Part shown: piece by piece, positions 1 through 14,075 of the stretch
Layout of the letters: each line of letters starts with the position of its first letter
Position numbering within the stretch: position 1 is the first letter of the stretch
DNA from: Mytilus californianus
Taxonomy: Eukaryota
DNA length: 64,000 nt
Reading direction: 5' to 3'
Assembly: GCF_021869535.1 (NCBI RefSeq)
Contig: NW_026262690.1
Location: 82,770,001-82,834,000, forward strand
Notes under the pieces: model-generated
Databases searched by the model: none
What the model was told of the DNA's origin: nothing
What the model saw: the letters and a program-made list of their open reading frames with translations, nothing else
Translations under genes and position numbers: made by a program

Positions 1-184
1 CATGATCGTTATCTCTGTCATTGTTGCAATTTTCATTGGATTTGCTACTCGTATGATGAATCATGATTACGCACATAAACAGTAACCACCTGATATAAAT
101 CACAAATTAATTAAAATACGATTTGTTGTATACATATGCAATATTAACGTTTATGTCTTGAAAATGTCTTTCATGTCTTTAACA

Positions 185-283
185 TTTTGAGTCTGTGTTG
201 GTCTTCGGCATTTCATACTTCGTATATCCAATGTTTTTGAGTCTATATGTTCTTCGACATTTCATACTTTCGTATATCCAAGT
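185..283. repeat. ~50-bp tandem duplication
   Basis: TTTTGAGTCT...CATTTCATACTT(T)CGTATATCCAA occurs twice. Confidence 0.85.
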
Positions 284-1661
284 TAAATAGATCTATATTC
301 AATAAACGAAATGAGAATTTCTCTGATGTATCCATTCATTGTCCAAATAATGATTCCTTTGATAATCAAAAAAATGTTTGCTAGGCACAATTTGATATAT
401 TGTACACTATTTACATTGTTACAGTAATAATTATACTTAAAGTAAATTGTCACTCAAAAATAGTATATGACATACATCTTTGTCAATGTTTACTTTCGCT
501 TATGAAATACAAGTATATAATAACAACTCTAAGGTTATTCTATCTTTAATATTACATTTCACCGTTAAACGTATTTGTTGCTATATACAATTTGTCGAAG
601 TTACCGAACCATCTTTAGGAGGGAAGAAGAAAAATGTAAATTCAGAGGTAAAAAAACACGACCGAGTCCAATCAGCTGCTTGCACAAGCAACCATAATCT
701 GAATGAATTTTGTTGTGTTATAATAAGTCCAGATATAAACTCAAAGGGGTAACTTTTAGTGCAAAATAAGAAAATTTCATTCTTCTTTTTTTTTAAACTA
801 AGGACCATGGGAGTCTTAATTTAGCAAAAGTAAAAGCAACGAAAATACAAACTGCCGTCCACAGAAAACTAAGATTGACCACCTAAAACCTCACCAAAAT
901 CCGGGGAACAGTACTCTGTACAGTAAGTAGTTGCTGATCTTCTAGTGACACGCTCTAGCTCATGAATTTAAAATTCGGTGACTAGTCGCTTTCGTTTATG
1001 GTACAATCGAAGAATATAGGAAAGGATTGGGCTACAACAAGTAAAACATATCTGCTGTTAGCTGTGGTACAGATATTCCATAATGGTGGATCCAATCATG
1101 ACGGCATCAATCTTTATCCTATTAATAGAATGTTTCAATACAGAACATGGGAGAAGAAAAGACTTTTTTTTTATTTTCGCTTTGGTAGTTTAGATTACAC
1201 AATACATCTTGTATACAAGAACTGATTATATTCAAACACTTTTACAGATAAGAAGAAGGATTCTTTTATAGTGATGTTTTGAAATGATCTGTCAAATGAC
1301 TTTATTGTCAAATCATACTAGGCCTCGAGCATCAATGAAGATACATTAATTGTCGAAATGCTCATTTGGTGAAGTACAATTGGCACTATTAATGTTATAA
1401 ATACCACTGGGTCGATACCTCTGTTGGTAGACTGTTAGTTCCAAGTATAGCATTACCCCAGTAGCCATTACTGCGGTATATGCATGAAAATACTGATATT
1501 GTTTTAATTAAAATTTGGTGTTAGAAAAATTTTGAAATCAATTTGAATATCTCTCATGTCATCTTATTTCTTGTCCGGGTTTGGCTTTATTTTTGATCCT
1601 TTTTAGCTTTATCAGCTCTTTAACGTTTATATCAGGTTTTTGATTTCCGAATATTTTAGAT

Positions 1662-2086
1662 AAAGGCAACAGTAGTATACCGCTGTTTAAAAGTCATAAA
1701 TCGATTAAGCGAAAACAAATCAGGGTTACAAACTAAAACCGAGGGAAACACATCAACTATAAGAGGAAAACAACGGAACAACAGAAACACTGAACTTCAA
1801 CAAAAAAAAAACGCCAACATACATAGAAACGGACTATTTGATAACAACTGCTATATTCCTGACTTGGTACAGGACATTTTAAGAAAAAATGGTGGGTTGA
1901 ACCTGGTTTTATGGCTAGCCAAACCTCCCGCTTATATGGCAATGTTAACAATACTGCTAAAGTGACAACACTACGTGACAGTAATACAGTACAAATAAAC
2001 GCAAGAACACTCAGGACAGAGAAATACATTAATAAATAATATAATAGTACATTACAACATGTAAACCGCAGAATAACAACGGACAC
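1662..2086 (+). mobile_element. Interspersed non-autonomous element (TATTCCTGACTTGGTACAGG family)
   Basis: Core ATATTCCTGACTTGGTACAGG..AAAATGGTGG.TT.AACCTG is shared with 21995-22330; a degenerate copy lies at 22490-22660. Confidence 0.7.
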
Positions 2087-5019
2087 CTCCCATGAATTTA
2101 TGACAGCCTAACCTCTAACATCACTAAAGAGACATTAATTGTCGAAATGCGCATCTGGTGCAGAAAAATAAGTACCGTTAATGTTCTTACCTTGATATGC
2201 TTGACATCTTTACGGTGTAAGCTCTGTATTTTCTGAAAACAAACAAATTAGTTAATAAAATGAGCTGCGACAGATAGAAATCGACCTCATGCAAATGCAC
2301 ATATACATGTACATGTAAAAGAAGTTGATTGATTTTGGAACATTGAAATACGACATAAAAGATGAATTTGGTCTGTTTTGTAGGGTTCTTATATTAACTT
2401 AATTTTAAACAGTTACAGACTTTGCATAGATATTTTGTCATATACAGTATACAGATGTATTTATATGCATTAGCATAAGGTCGATTCCTCAAATTATACA
2501 TATAAATACAACAAATACAGTGTGAAAGTACAGGTGTTTAATTCAAGGCCTTGAACGATTAACTTCACTTATATCTATCCAAGATCTCGGTTTAGTTTAC
2601 TACAGCCTTGATGTGTTGGTCGAAGATCAAAACTGTTTGTCCAAGATAATTTAATATTAATTCATTTATCCAAAATAGCAATCGGAATTTTTTTGTTAGA
2701 CGACTGAATAATGAAGTGAGTTGTGACCATTCAGGACTTGCTTACCAATGAGTTCATTTTATTGTTTGACTTTTGGTATACTTTAAAGTTGCATTTCACA
2801 GGACACAACTTATAATTTCGATAAGACTTATCCAAAAACCCAAAATCAGTAATAATGAGTAAATATTTATTTGACTATTGATTACTTCTGTCCAAAAAAC
2901 TTTAAAGAATTCAATGAGGAACTGAAAGACATACCATGTTTAGTAAAGGCAAATGAGGATCTTGATAATGTCAGTTTTAAAAAAGAATTGTAATAATCAG
3001 ACTGATTGTTGTATAAGGTATAATGTATCCTTTCCTAAATCAAGATATTTGTATTGAATTCGGTCATTATTTTTTATTATTTTTTTAAACCAATTTTGAC
3101 TAATTCAAATGATTCGATATTCTAGAGCTTGCAGTTACTATGGATATATCAAATAATGTCAAAGATTTAATACAAATAATTAAAGGGTGTGTGAGAGAGA
3201 AAACAAATACGGTACATTATTTCCCTAAAATTTCATTGATTGAAAAAAAAAATAGTGTCCTCTACTCAGATGTCAAGGAGAGCATTCTGTATGGTTAAGT
3301 TTACGCTCACAACTACTCATAGTTGAGTATAGTTAAAATGTAATATACCCGTAATACTGTTCTTACCAAAGAGTCCCAGCTCTTTAAAATGTTTAAGTAG
3401 GCAGCCACGTCCGGCATAATTATGATTTAGAGTACAAATACTTTTACAAAGGGGTTGCTTGGCATCTACCATTGACTTCAATGCAAACTTATGTCTTGAA
3501 TTAAAGTTATAACTGTTTTACCTTTAGCAATCAGGAGCTTTTATATATCATTTGTTGAATAACAAATGTAGCCCCATCTTTTGCAATAGTAAAAACATAG
3601 GGTCATGGGGCATTTTTGTGCCATTCACATGGCCCTGTTTACAAACACCGCAGATTCGCACTAAATTCCTATAATGACCCCCATTACTTTTCCACCCTGT
3701 AGTAAAAACATTAAGTGCATTCAGCATTCATTTTTTTATTTTTTCCCCCTAGTTTTGACCCATCTATCAAAAGATATTTATTACAAACATTATCTACCAA
3801 GCAGAAGAGCAGAAAGCTCTCCACCAAAAGTGCGGTCTTTGACAACGTATATTTATTTACTGAACTTACCCCCTACTACTCTTACCTAATGTGGTGACCG
3901 GCTGTTCGGGTTGTATATTGAATGAATCAATTACATACAACATATTTTTTGTGTCTTTTAATTATTATTATTTGTTTATTTGTGTTTAATGTTAATATTT
4001 TCTACAGATAATATAATGCTACTTTTCTTCTGTTTTATAATTGTGTGTATCTATAAGTGTTAGTGTGAACTAAGTATCCGTGTTCTGTCTTTTAATTACG
4101 GTGATATATATTTTAACGAAATCCGATTATAGTAAGCTTGTATGCATCATGCTTACGGTTTGTTCTGTAATGACGACTTAGGTTATAAAAAGTGTTTCAT
4201 TCCCCTTTACCGAATTTCGCGTAATTGTTCCCCTAGACTTCGAACAGGAATATTGCACTTGTCCGGACTGGGTTTTTTTTCTTGTTTATGTTAAAAGACC
4301 TGTTGATGATTTTGGTACAATAGAGTTTAGTAATGATCGACATACTGATCGAATTGCTTTTCGTTCTGGTTGGTCGACTTTTTTCGATAAGGAGCAATCG
4401 TGTCGCACAAACATATCTAGTCTTTAGAAGTCATCAATGTTTTCATTGAAACATTTTTCATGTCAATGCTAAAGAACTATGGTAAGTTCGATTCTTACAT
4501 AAAATATATATTTCGGTATCGGTACCATTACGTATTTTTGTGATGCAAATGAAGAATTAGTTATTGCCTTTAAGGTTCTATATTTCCATACAGCTCATGT
4601 AACGAATTTGACATTTCACTTTATTCTAGATACTTTTAAAACATTTTATGAACTAACAAATCCCCAAAAATATTTTTCTTTCATTTTTAATGGAAAATTT
4701 CTTTGGCAATTAATAAAGGGGAAAAGAGGATTTCTTCTAGTCAAATAGTAATTTTTTAACAAAATTTATGAAATATTATTACTACTGGCCTCGCCCTTTG
4801 CCATCAGTCTAAGAACCGTCCTTAATAAAACTCTATCTCTGTTAAAAAAAAAGCCTGAAATTAGTGAAAGGAACATTCTTTAAAAGGTCGACTTTACGGC
4901 TTTGTTTTCTTATTGAATATTAAAAGACTAAAACAAAAAAGATATAATATAATATAATGTATTCGAGATTTCTTTGATTATATAAATTATAAAAGGCAAC
5001 GAGCCGGATAAGTATAAAG

Positions 5020-5160
5020 AATACAAAGTTCTTGTTTTATTTGCACTAAGTAAACAGACTTTTGCCCTTCCATTAGCAGGATTTGAACGAATGTTTTTAT
5101 GATATTGTGGCATCTTTGCCTGAAATGTGTCCAACACCCTGGACCACTCAGCCAACTAGG
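5020..5160 (-). mobile_element. Possible tRNA-derived SINE head
   Basis: On the minus strand, A-box-like TGGCTGAGTGGTCC (5154-5141) and B-box-like GTTCAAATCC (5088-5079). No intact cloverleaf. Confidence 0.4.
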
Positions 5161-6799
5161 CTATAAATAGATATTTTCATTGAATCCGATTTTTCTGCAC
5201 TGGACACGTATCGTCGCTTTAAATATTCATACATAAAGCATTTAAAAATTACTTTGACATATTTAACATTACTCATAAAGTGGTTAACTTGCATTTTAAT
5301 TATGTTTTTCATTTTGAGATATCTCTTTCTATTATCATAACGATATCAGTATATAGAAAAATCTAAGGGAGCGTTTACATCTGTTAGAATCATAATAATA
5401 CATTTGTGAGACAAATGTTCCAAAACCAATTTAATATAAATTTCTTTTTATAACAAAAGACAATTTAAAAAGATAAACAAGATGACGTCAGTGGAATTTC
5501 TACACTCAGATGTGTAATGAATTGGTTTGTAACGTATATTAAACCTATTGAACGTTTATCTGTTATAACAAAATGCGTACCTTTAAAAACATAAAGCTGG
5601 TATTGTGTTCCTTTTCTTATCCGTTCCAAAATCAGAAGTTATGAAAATCTTTCGTATTTGACTAATTGTTTGCATGTAGGGACAGATCCATGGGTCCCCC
5701 CCCTTTTCACATACACACACTTATAACCGATTATTTGGTTGGTTCTTTTTAGTATTTAGTTTTACCACCGGCTTCCTTTTTTATTTTTTTATCCGCCCAA
5801 CCCCACTTCAGAAAAATCCTTAAGCAGCCATTACACATGGTACAATTTTGCAGTATAATTTTGTGTAAATCTGTATATATTGTTTCAATTTAACATTGTA
5901 AAATCATTGCTTTACTTGCCTCAATTAATCTGTTTGTCGAATTTGATCCTCTTCTCTATCACTATAATAACACGTCATCAGATCATGTATTGGAGTGCAT
6001 CAATGTGTTTGTCAGTTTAAGAAAATGTAAACCACTTGGTTTTTTAAATGTCCGATAGGAATTCCAAAATACAGAAGGAAAACGAAAGTAGGATTTTTAT
6101 CAAGTATAAGGAATTATATTATGATAAACGAGCAGATATCAAAATTCTATGTGTGTATATATTTGCAACTCTTTAGATAAAACTTTACTTTTTGTATCAA
6201 AACTAAATGAAACGTTCACATTCCCTCCCATCCAAAACTATAGGAGTTAAAGACCGTTTTGAATTATGCATAATATCAGGTAGGTAGGTACGCAGATAGC
6301 GATCAATATAACCTTGCTAAAATCCTTAATTAAAGTCTAATATATGTAAATGTTAAAATTAAATTTTAACCCAACAGATAATTATGCTGAAAAAATACAG
6401 CTTTTAAGTCAAACAAAATAATGTTTATATATTTTGTGCCGTAACAGTTGAACACAACATTAGATAACAAGATATAAAGAGAAACAGATGCCTTTAAGAT
6501 GACAAGTGAAAATAAAAATGAACAAAAGGAAATTTTAAGTAGATGTCAATAAGACAAAAACAACAAAAACGGTTTTCAACAATAGACAAATGACTATGAA
6601 AAGGTCATGACATAAATCAGAATCTGTAAAAGAAAAAGTTGCGATAAATCTGAAACATAGACCACAAGGATTTGAAATCTACTTCTAAATACCTGAAAGA
6701 ATTGAAAACAAGTGGCTGTCAAAGTGACAACAAACCGGATTTTCCTGCATGAAAATGATATTTGCAAATCTGGACCCCCAAACAGGATCAAGTAAAAAT

Positions 6800-7420
6800 A
6801 AAATGTTCCGCTAGGCGCAAGCTTGATACGACCGCAGAGGTCGAGCCCTGAACAGTTGAGACAAGTATGGACACAACATTTAAGCTTAAACAGCTCTGAA
6901 TTTGGATTGTGATCGAATATTTGACACAGCATAGGTTTGTGACACAAAATGAATGTGGTCGAAGAACTGAAAAATTTGAAATTGGACATTTACTTATTAT
7001 GGTCCAATATCCAAAATCTAATTACATGGTTAGAATCAGCATATCAAAGAACCCCAAGAGTTCAATTTTTGTTGAAATCAAACAAAAGTTTAATTTAGGA
7101 CCCTTTGAACCTCAATTTGATAAAGGAGCCCAAAATCCAAAGTCTCTAAATACATGGTTAGATTCAGCATTTCAAAGAACCCCATAAATTCATTTTATGT
7201 TGAAATCAAACACAGTTCAATTTTGGACCCTGATTTGGACCAACTTGAAAACTGGGCCCAAAAATCCAAAATTTAAATACAGGTTTAGATTCAGCATTTC
7301 AAAGAACCCTTTATATATTCAATTTATGTTGAAATCAAACACAGTTTAATTTTGGGCCCCGATTTGGACCAACTTGAAAACTGGGCCCAAAATCAAAAAT
7401 CTAAATACATGTTTATTAAT
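6800..7420 (+). mobile_element. Non-autonomous Helentron/HINE-like element fragment with internal ~128-bp tandem units
   Basis: Its 5' part (ACGACCGCAGAGGTC..CCCTGAACAGTTG..ATGGACACAA..TCTGAATTTGGATTGT) is shared with the element at 50230. About 3 internal units lie at 7013-7413. Confidence 0.65.
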
Positions 7421-8049
7421 AGACAATATAAGCTTAGTTTTTAAAGGAGTTCGCTTCATAAAATATATATATATATATATATAGCATTCAGAAAATTAGT
7501 TTATACAGAATAATAAACAAACCTACCACAAAATTCTTCAAACAATTTACCAAAGAAAAGAAAAAAAATGTTCCAAAATATCATTTATCATTAATACAAT
7601 GTTTTTTTTTAAATCTATAAAACTTATCTGTAATTATCTTCAAAATGTCTAATAATGAACAGTACATTTTAAACTATATTTATACAATCCTACAGAGCTT
7701 ATCATCAACAACACTAAGGAAACACAAAATTTTCAAATAAATTTGTCACTCCAATTATAACTTATCTATCAATGTCAACAACTTTATCTACACAATGTAA
7801 TGTAATGAAATATATCCTTAAATAAAAATAGATTATTATTTAATGAAAATGATATTTGCAAATCTGGACCCCCAAACAGGATCAAGTAAAAATTAAACAT
7901 TAACGCACACAACAAAAATAGAATACCACATAACAACTGTGACATCTACCTTCAAAACACACATGACTTAAAATAATAGTTATAAAGAAAGTTTTGACAA
8001 CTCCTGACTAAAATCAATTGAACAGATACAATCATTGATAGACTATCTA

Positions 8050-8350
8050 TCCATATACTTAATTACACCATTTCTGTTCAAAGGGAAAAAACTCAAAATA
8101 AAAACAAATCATATAATAAGTATCACTTTTCGCTACTGAAAGGTCTACAACTCAACAACGAGAAAAGCTAATATCGTGAAAATTATTACTTGACCTTCAT
8201 TTAGTCACAGGAAACAACATATCTAAATTTGAAAAGATTTCGTCGAAGCGTTTTCATGTTAATGAACGGACACTGTTTGTCAGCCGCCCGCCCGCCATCC
8301 GTACATCCCCAAATCAATAACCGATTTTTCCTTCGGAAATCCGGTTAAAA
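8050..8350 (+). mobile_element. HINE-like element 3' portion
   Basis: (CCGC)n microsatellite at 8284, then imperfect hairpin TAACCG...CGGTTA (8318-8347) and an A-run. Confidence 0.5.
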
Positions 8351-9992
8351 ATTTAAATATCAAGTGTGCGCTGTCAAGTTGTTGGACAGTATTTAAAAAT
8401 TTTCATAACTTGAAAAAAGAAATTGATCAAGTAATATTAAACATACGAGGCACATAAAACAGGTTTTTTACAATCGATAATTATTTCCGTGTGATAACTA
8501 AGGATTCTTAATGATAACGTTTTATTTGAGTCTGAGGAAATTATTACGAACGCCAACGTCAACACGATTTTGCTGACAAAACTGGATTATCTCTGTCACA
8601 CAGATGACACAGGCTCTACTTTATTTTTCGTATACGTCTTCATGACCTGATTTATGATCGGTTCTTCCTGTGACGTAAAAACATAAGCATTGTGACATAG
8701 GAAATGTTCAAGAAAGTGAAAGAATTCAAAAGACGTTTATGTAGCATGTACTTTTCAACCTGTATGTGCACCGGAAGTCATCACCAAATTTTTAATGGGT
8801 TCCTGTTGCTTATGATTATGTTTTTCTATGATATATTGTTCGATTTTATTTATTTATTTGTTGTCATAAAGTTTCATATCAAAAGTATTCATGCATCAAG
8901 CGTTAGAAAATGTATGTTACATTGCACAAAAATTGATTATTTACACATGTTACAATCATTTTTCAATTGATTTGTCTTTTTAATGGTCTGCCAAATCCAT
9001 GCATACGCTTACTGAAACGAAAGTGTCAGTAAGCCGACAAATAGATTTGGAATAGATATCTGTCACGATCACTTTGTAAAAATGTCTCTGATTGTGCGAC
9101 ACATGTTACATTTATGAAATATCAATAGATACTTTTGAAAAGATTGAAATGATCAAGGTGGTGCAGTTTCTACACACTGATATGTAATGGATATTTGCCC
9201 GATATAATAAAGAGTGTCTGTTTGCGTAATTTTCAAGTATTGTAGAATTTGTACATTCCTTTCCAAAATTGAAAGCTAAAAAATTATTTCGTAAGAAATT
9301 CTTCCGTATTTGGCAAAAAGCAATTGTATAAAAAGACGGGTCCAAGGGATGGTTCGAGGCGCTTCCCTTCTTTGGTCGATAATTTGAGTTTGTGGTACAT
9401 TTAACTGGTTTTGACTAGAGCCACCTTCTAAGGTGCCTCATTTAGAAATTCTAGATTCGCCATTCTGAACTTGTTTGGATATATATATCTTTTGAAAAAA
9501 TAAAACCTTGAAAAATATTGATTTACCTTTCTTATTTAGTTTTTTCAATCTTCCGTCTTTTATCCATTTATATTATCATATTATTATATGATCAAACTTT
9601 CATCAATACCAATCGAACATTTAAACTAATTAATTTACTTGACGTAAATCTATTTCTTTCCCACCGAGAGTATGTCATCAAATCATTTACAGAAGTGCAT
9701 TCTAACGGAAGTGCATTCTAATGTTTATTTGTCATCAAAACAAGAAATCGTTTACAATTATCTATTTGGATTTTTTATCAATTTTTGAAAAAAATCTATG
9801 AAATTGTACTCGAAGGAATAAGAGAAAATAACAGATGCTTACCTCATTTAGGAGACAGATAAAATTTATAGATTTTGAAATAAGCTGATAAAAGAGAGGT
9901 GGAGTATACCAAATGGACAGTCATAAGCCAAATACAAATTAGTTGGATTAATCGTAATCCACAATAACTGACAACTATTTATATAAGTCATT

Positions 9993-10400
9993 GATTATAT
10001 CATATCAAAGGATAACACCGTTTAATACACGGCGAAATGTTTTAAGCAAAGTTTTAAAACTTAGCAAAAATTAATAGCACAGCTTACGATCATCGTTTAA
10101 GGCATTTTAAGAAAAATCCAATTTGATAATAATACAGAACCTGTTCTGCAGTTTTTGTTTGGCATGCGCTCTGCAACTTTCGAAATGCTGACGGAGTTTA
10201 GATTACCGGGAAAATATGAAACAAATTCGTTTGTGTATTAAGATTATATCATATTAAAGATTAAGGATAACAACGTTTAATACATGGCGAAATTTTTTAA
10301 GCAAGGTTTTAAAACCTAGCAAAAATTAATAGCACAGCTTACGATCATTGTTTTAAGACATTTTTAGAAAAATCCAATTTGATAATAATACATAACCTGT
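9993..10400. repeat. ~150-bp dispersed direct duplication
   Basis: Copies at about 9993-10144 and 10243-10400. Confidence 0.9.
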
Positions 10401-12074
10401 CTCCACGCTTCCCTTAGAGAATCGTGGACAAATAATCTGTATTTTATTTCGATTGAGAACAATCATAGAAATGTCTAAAAGACATTATTCATGTGTATAA
10501 AAAAATATTCTTAGCTTTTTTTCTTCTAACAAACAACTTCTGTAACATATGTCATTATCGAAAGGGCTACAATAAACCCTGTTGAATTTGAAAAAAAACA
10601 TAAGAATTATTTATTTTGAATGATTGTTCTAAAAGATTTTTTTTTTTAAATTGACTATTCGATAATTTATATTTGAAATGGGAATAGAATTCATTGATAT
10701 TTTCAGAGAACTGCCCATCAAAGCAGTTACTCCGATATTAGATATTACTTTGTAGTAATAAAATATTATAAACTGTTGAATTACTCGAAATACTACGGTT
10801 ATTCTTCTTCCCCCTAACCCCACCCCCACCCCACCTTAGATTGCCTTAGCCGTGATTAGCATAACTTTCTGGAACTTTCTTTTTTTAATAATCTTCAACC
10901 TCGTTTTTGATCTGACCTTCCAGTTGTTTTGATTTGTGTGTCAATGATAAATCTTATGCAGACGAAACGCTCGTCTGTGTCTCCAAATTATAAGCCTGGT
11001 ATCTATGATGGGTTTTTTTTTTATAAAAGTTGGAAAAAAGATTTCCAGTGACTAAAACAGAAATTACCACATTCATTCACGGTAAAGTCAGTAAGATACA
11101 TACCAAAGTCCATGTCCTATGTATTATCCACTCAACAATTTTGCACAATTGCAAATAAAGAAAAAGCGATAGTGGATTGCTTAAACTGTGCCTTTGCTAC
11201 GTGTATCGCCTATCTAAATGGAAATATTTCAACTTTGAAATTTATGACCCATATGATTAACCCGTTATTAGAAAAGTATACATTTGGAAAACCCCTTAAT
11301 CAGTTTCTGTACTGTGTGAGGCAACAGTTATTGAAATAAATTGATTGGTATGGAATGAGAACTGTAATAGATCATACTTAAAAATGAAAACAACAGGATA
11401 TAAAATATAAACTCCGTTAGCAATCAATGGTTGCTTCGGTAAATTGGATAAGGTTCATTTAAAAGAGGAAACATAGTACTGGTATATTTTCCACTAGTCA
11501 TCCTGTGTTATATATTACTTAAGATAAAAACCCATTGACATGAACTTTCTTTCTATTAGAAAATATTGGATGGCTATATGTTGAATGTGGAGATGCAAAA
11601 GTATAGCTGCCAGTAGCAATTAAGGTGATCAAGCTACGATCTACGAAATTTTGTTACGGATACAAAAATAATTTGGCTGACTGCAATTGATTATCCGTGT
11701 CACATATCACTATCCATATGTTTCATATATGGTTTCAAAAATCCCGTCCTACTGAATTCATTTGTGACATAAACTATTCTGGCTTATCATGGGGATTAAA
11801 CTTGTCATGGGCTTCACGACGGGTGCCTCTAGAAAAGCAGTAGCGGACACCCCGTTTTCATTATGGATTCTTGTTCTTTTCATTTAGTTTTTATGTGATG
11901 AATTTTTTCAACTATATAACAATATCTGTTTGGTTTTTGTCAGTAACGATCTTTTATAACCTTGTGCATGAAAACTGTAAATACTCTTATGTATAAATTG
12001 TTAAAATATACTTTTTCACTCATTTGGTATTTTGGAAAATGTTGTTTGTGCTGTATTTAGACCCCTCTACCAAG

Positions 12075-12658
12075 AAAGGAGTAGGTCCGGTAAGGGCCTA
12101 TTTTGGCCTCAAATTTCAGGTTCATCTGATGTAAGATTTTGTACACTTTTTAAATACTTAAGTGTCTATTTCAGTCGATTCAATTAGTTTGTGTGAAAGA
12201 TTTGAACTGATTTAGTCATTTCAGACGCTCATATTCAAGCTTAAATATGAAAAATCTTTCAAATATGCCATAATATGTCACTTTTCAGATAGTTTTTGTC
12301 AAAAATGAAAGTGGCCGCATCCGTGTTCACCCTCAACCTTTATATATGTTATGTATTATCATCAAATACATCTTACATTTAAATATTAAGAATGAACACG
12401 TATGCGGCCACTTCTATTTAAGACGAAAACCGTCTAAAATTTAACTCAAATGCTAAAATTGTGAAGATTTCAGTAATTTAGCATGACTTAATGATGCTAG
12501 TACCCGATATATGTGCATTGTATTGTCAAAAACAGCCCATATTTATGTAGCAGAAGTATTCTACTTTCCAATAAATAGCTAAAAGTTTACATTATAACAA
12601 TTTTGTAAAACTGATATATTTTGGGGCGCAAAAGGGGTCTTACTGAACCTACTCCTTT
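12075..12658. mobile_element. MITE with ~38-bp imperfect TIRs
   Basis: Left AAAGGAGTAGGTCCGGTAAGGGCCTATTTTGGCCTCAAA; right (reverse complement) AAAGGAGTAGGTTCAGTAAGACCCCTTTTGCGCCCCAAA. Confidence 0.8.
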
Positions 12659-14075
12659 GTTTTGCATGCACATGTATAAAAGTTGCGGTTTTTATCCAAC
12701 GCAATCATAGGTTTGAGCGTTGTTTTCAATTTAGGCTTGGTTAATTTACATAATATATATATATATAAGTTCAAGGCGTACTGGTTCGTTTTCTGTTTAA
12801 AAATGTGTGTGCTGTTTACATACCATGGACATTTTAAACAATTGATTTCAATCTTTTATTTTTGAAAGTCAGTCATGTAAGAATGATATAATAATATATT
12901 ACAAACACTCTTAAAAGGAAAACTGGGCAGCGGAAAAATTACAGAATTGAAACAACATTGTATGGTAGGTATGGTATATCATTATAATTCTTCCGTTGTT
13001 TACAGATAATATCTTAAGTTGATACTGTACTCTTATTATATTTACTGATTAATAATACTTCCTGTTGGTTTAAAATTCTGTCTTTTAATCCATTACTTAA
13101 TCCTTGCAATATTACGATTAATTAAACTAAGGTAAAGCACTTTAGCCGGTAATTTGTTGATATAATCTATCGTAAGCGGTCTTAAACACATTTGTACCAT
13201 TAATAAACTCATTTGTACCATTATCCATCTTGTAAAGTTTTGCGCTCCTTCTTGTGCTGGGTCGACAATGGCATTGGCGTTAAGTGTGATGTTTTTTTCC
13301 GCGTTGAACTCTTTGTGACATTGCAATTCTCTGGGTTTTGTCAAGTGCATTTACAGATTTGGGAAAGCGAATAAATACAACATTCTCATCCATAACAATT
13401 ATCTTTCGTTTTTTATTGTTTTAAAAGCATTCTAAAACATTTGGCTAACAATTAAATTTAGCAGAAATAAAAACAAAATTACAAAATCTTGACCTTCAAG
13501 TAGATCAGATATCTCATTTACCATAACAAACTTGGACAATATATTTTAGAACAGAGAAGCATTGATCATAGTTTCACTCGTTTACACAACTACGTACGTG
13601 TCTGATTTCGAGGTGTACGAACCAGTAAAAGGCAATTTTAAGAGGTACTGTCAAAATGTAAATTTAGCATTTTGATTGTAAATTTAAATGTAAATGTTTC
13701 AATGTAAATATCGTTTAAAATTACGAAAACAAAAGTTGCAACTTTTAGACAAAGATGAATCTTGTTGTTTTTATGCTTTTTTGTGTTTAGATTCTACGAT
13801 GCGTTTATAGATTCCTTTCAGCATTCAACTTATATATTCCTATGTTGTGTTTGTTTTGTTAATTATTACTTTATACAGTTCATAACCGTTTAAACTATTT
13901 TTCGCATATTTTTTCTTTGACGTTTGTTTAATTGCAATTTCATGGTATCTTCTAAAATTTAAATTGCATATGTTTGTTACTCAATAACTTTAATCTAACT
14001 TTTCAGCTGACGACTTAAAAGTTCTTCTTTTGTCCTGTTTTTGTATTTCATATAGACAATCAAAGACATTGTTGC

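Noticed and set aside
4290-4480. Degenerate Penelope-like RT fragment (MIDILIE...VGRLF)
   Set aside because: The similarity is too short and broken to support without a search.
13093-13350. 85-aa minus-strand ORF in a slightly GC-richer patch
   Set aside because: No recognisable motif and no convincing splice partners; could be UTR or a decayed repeat.
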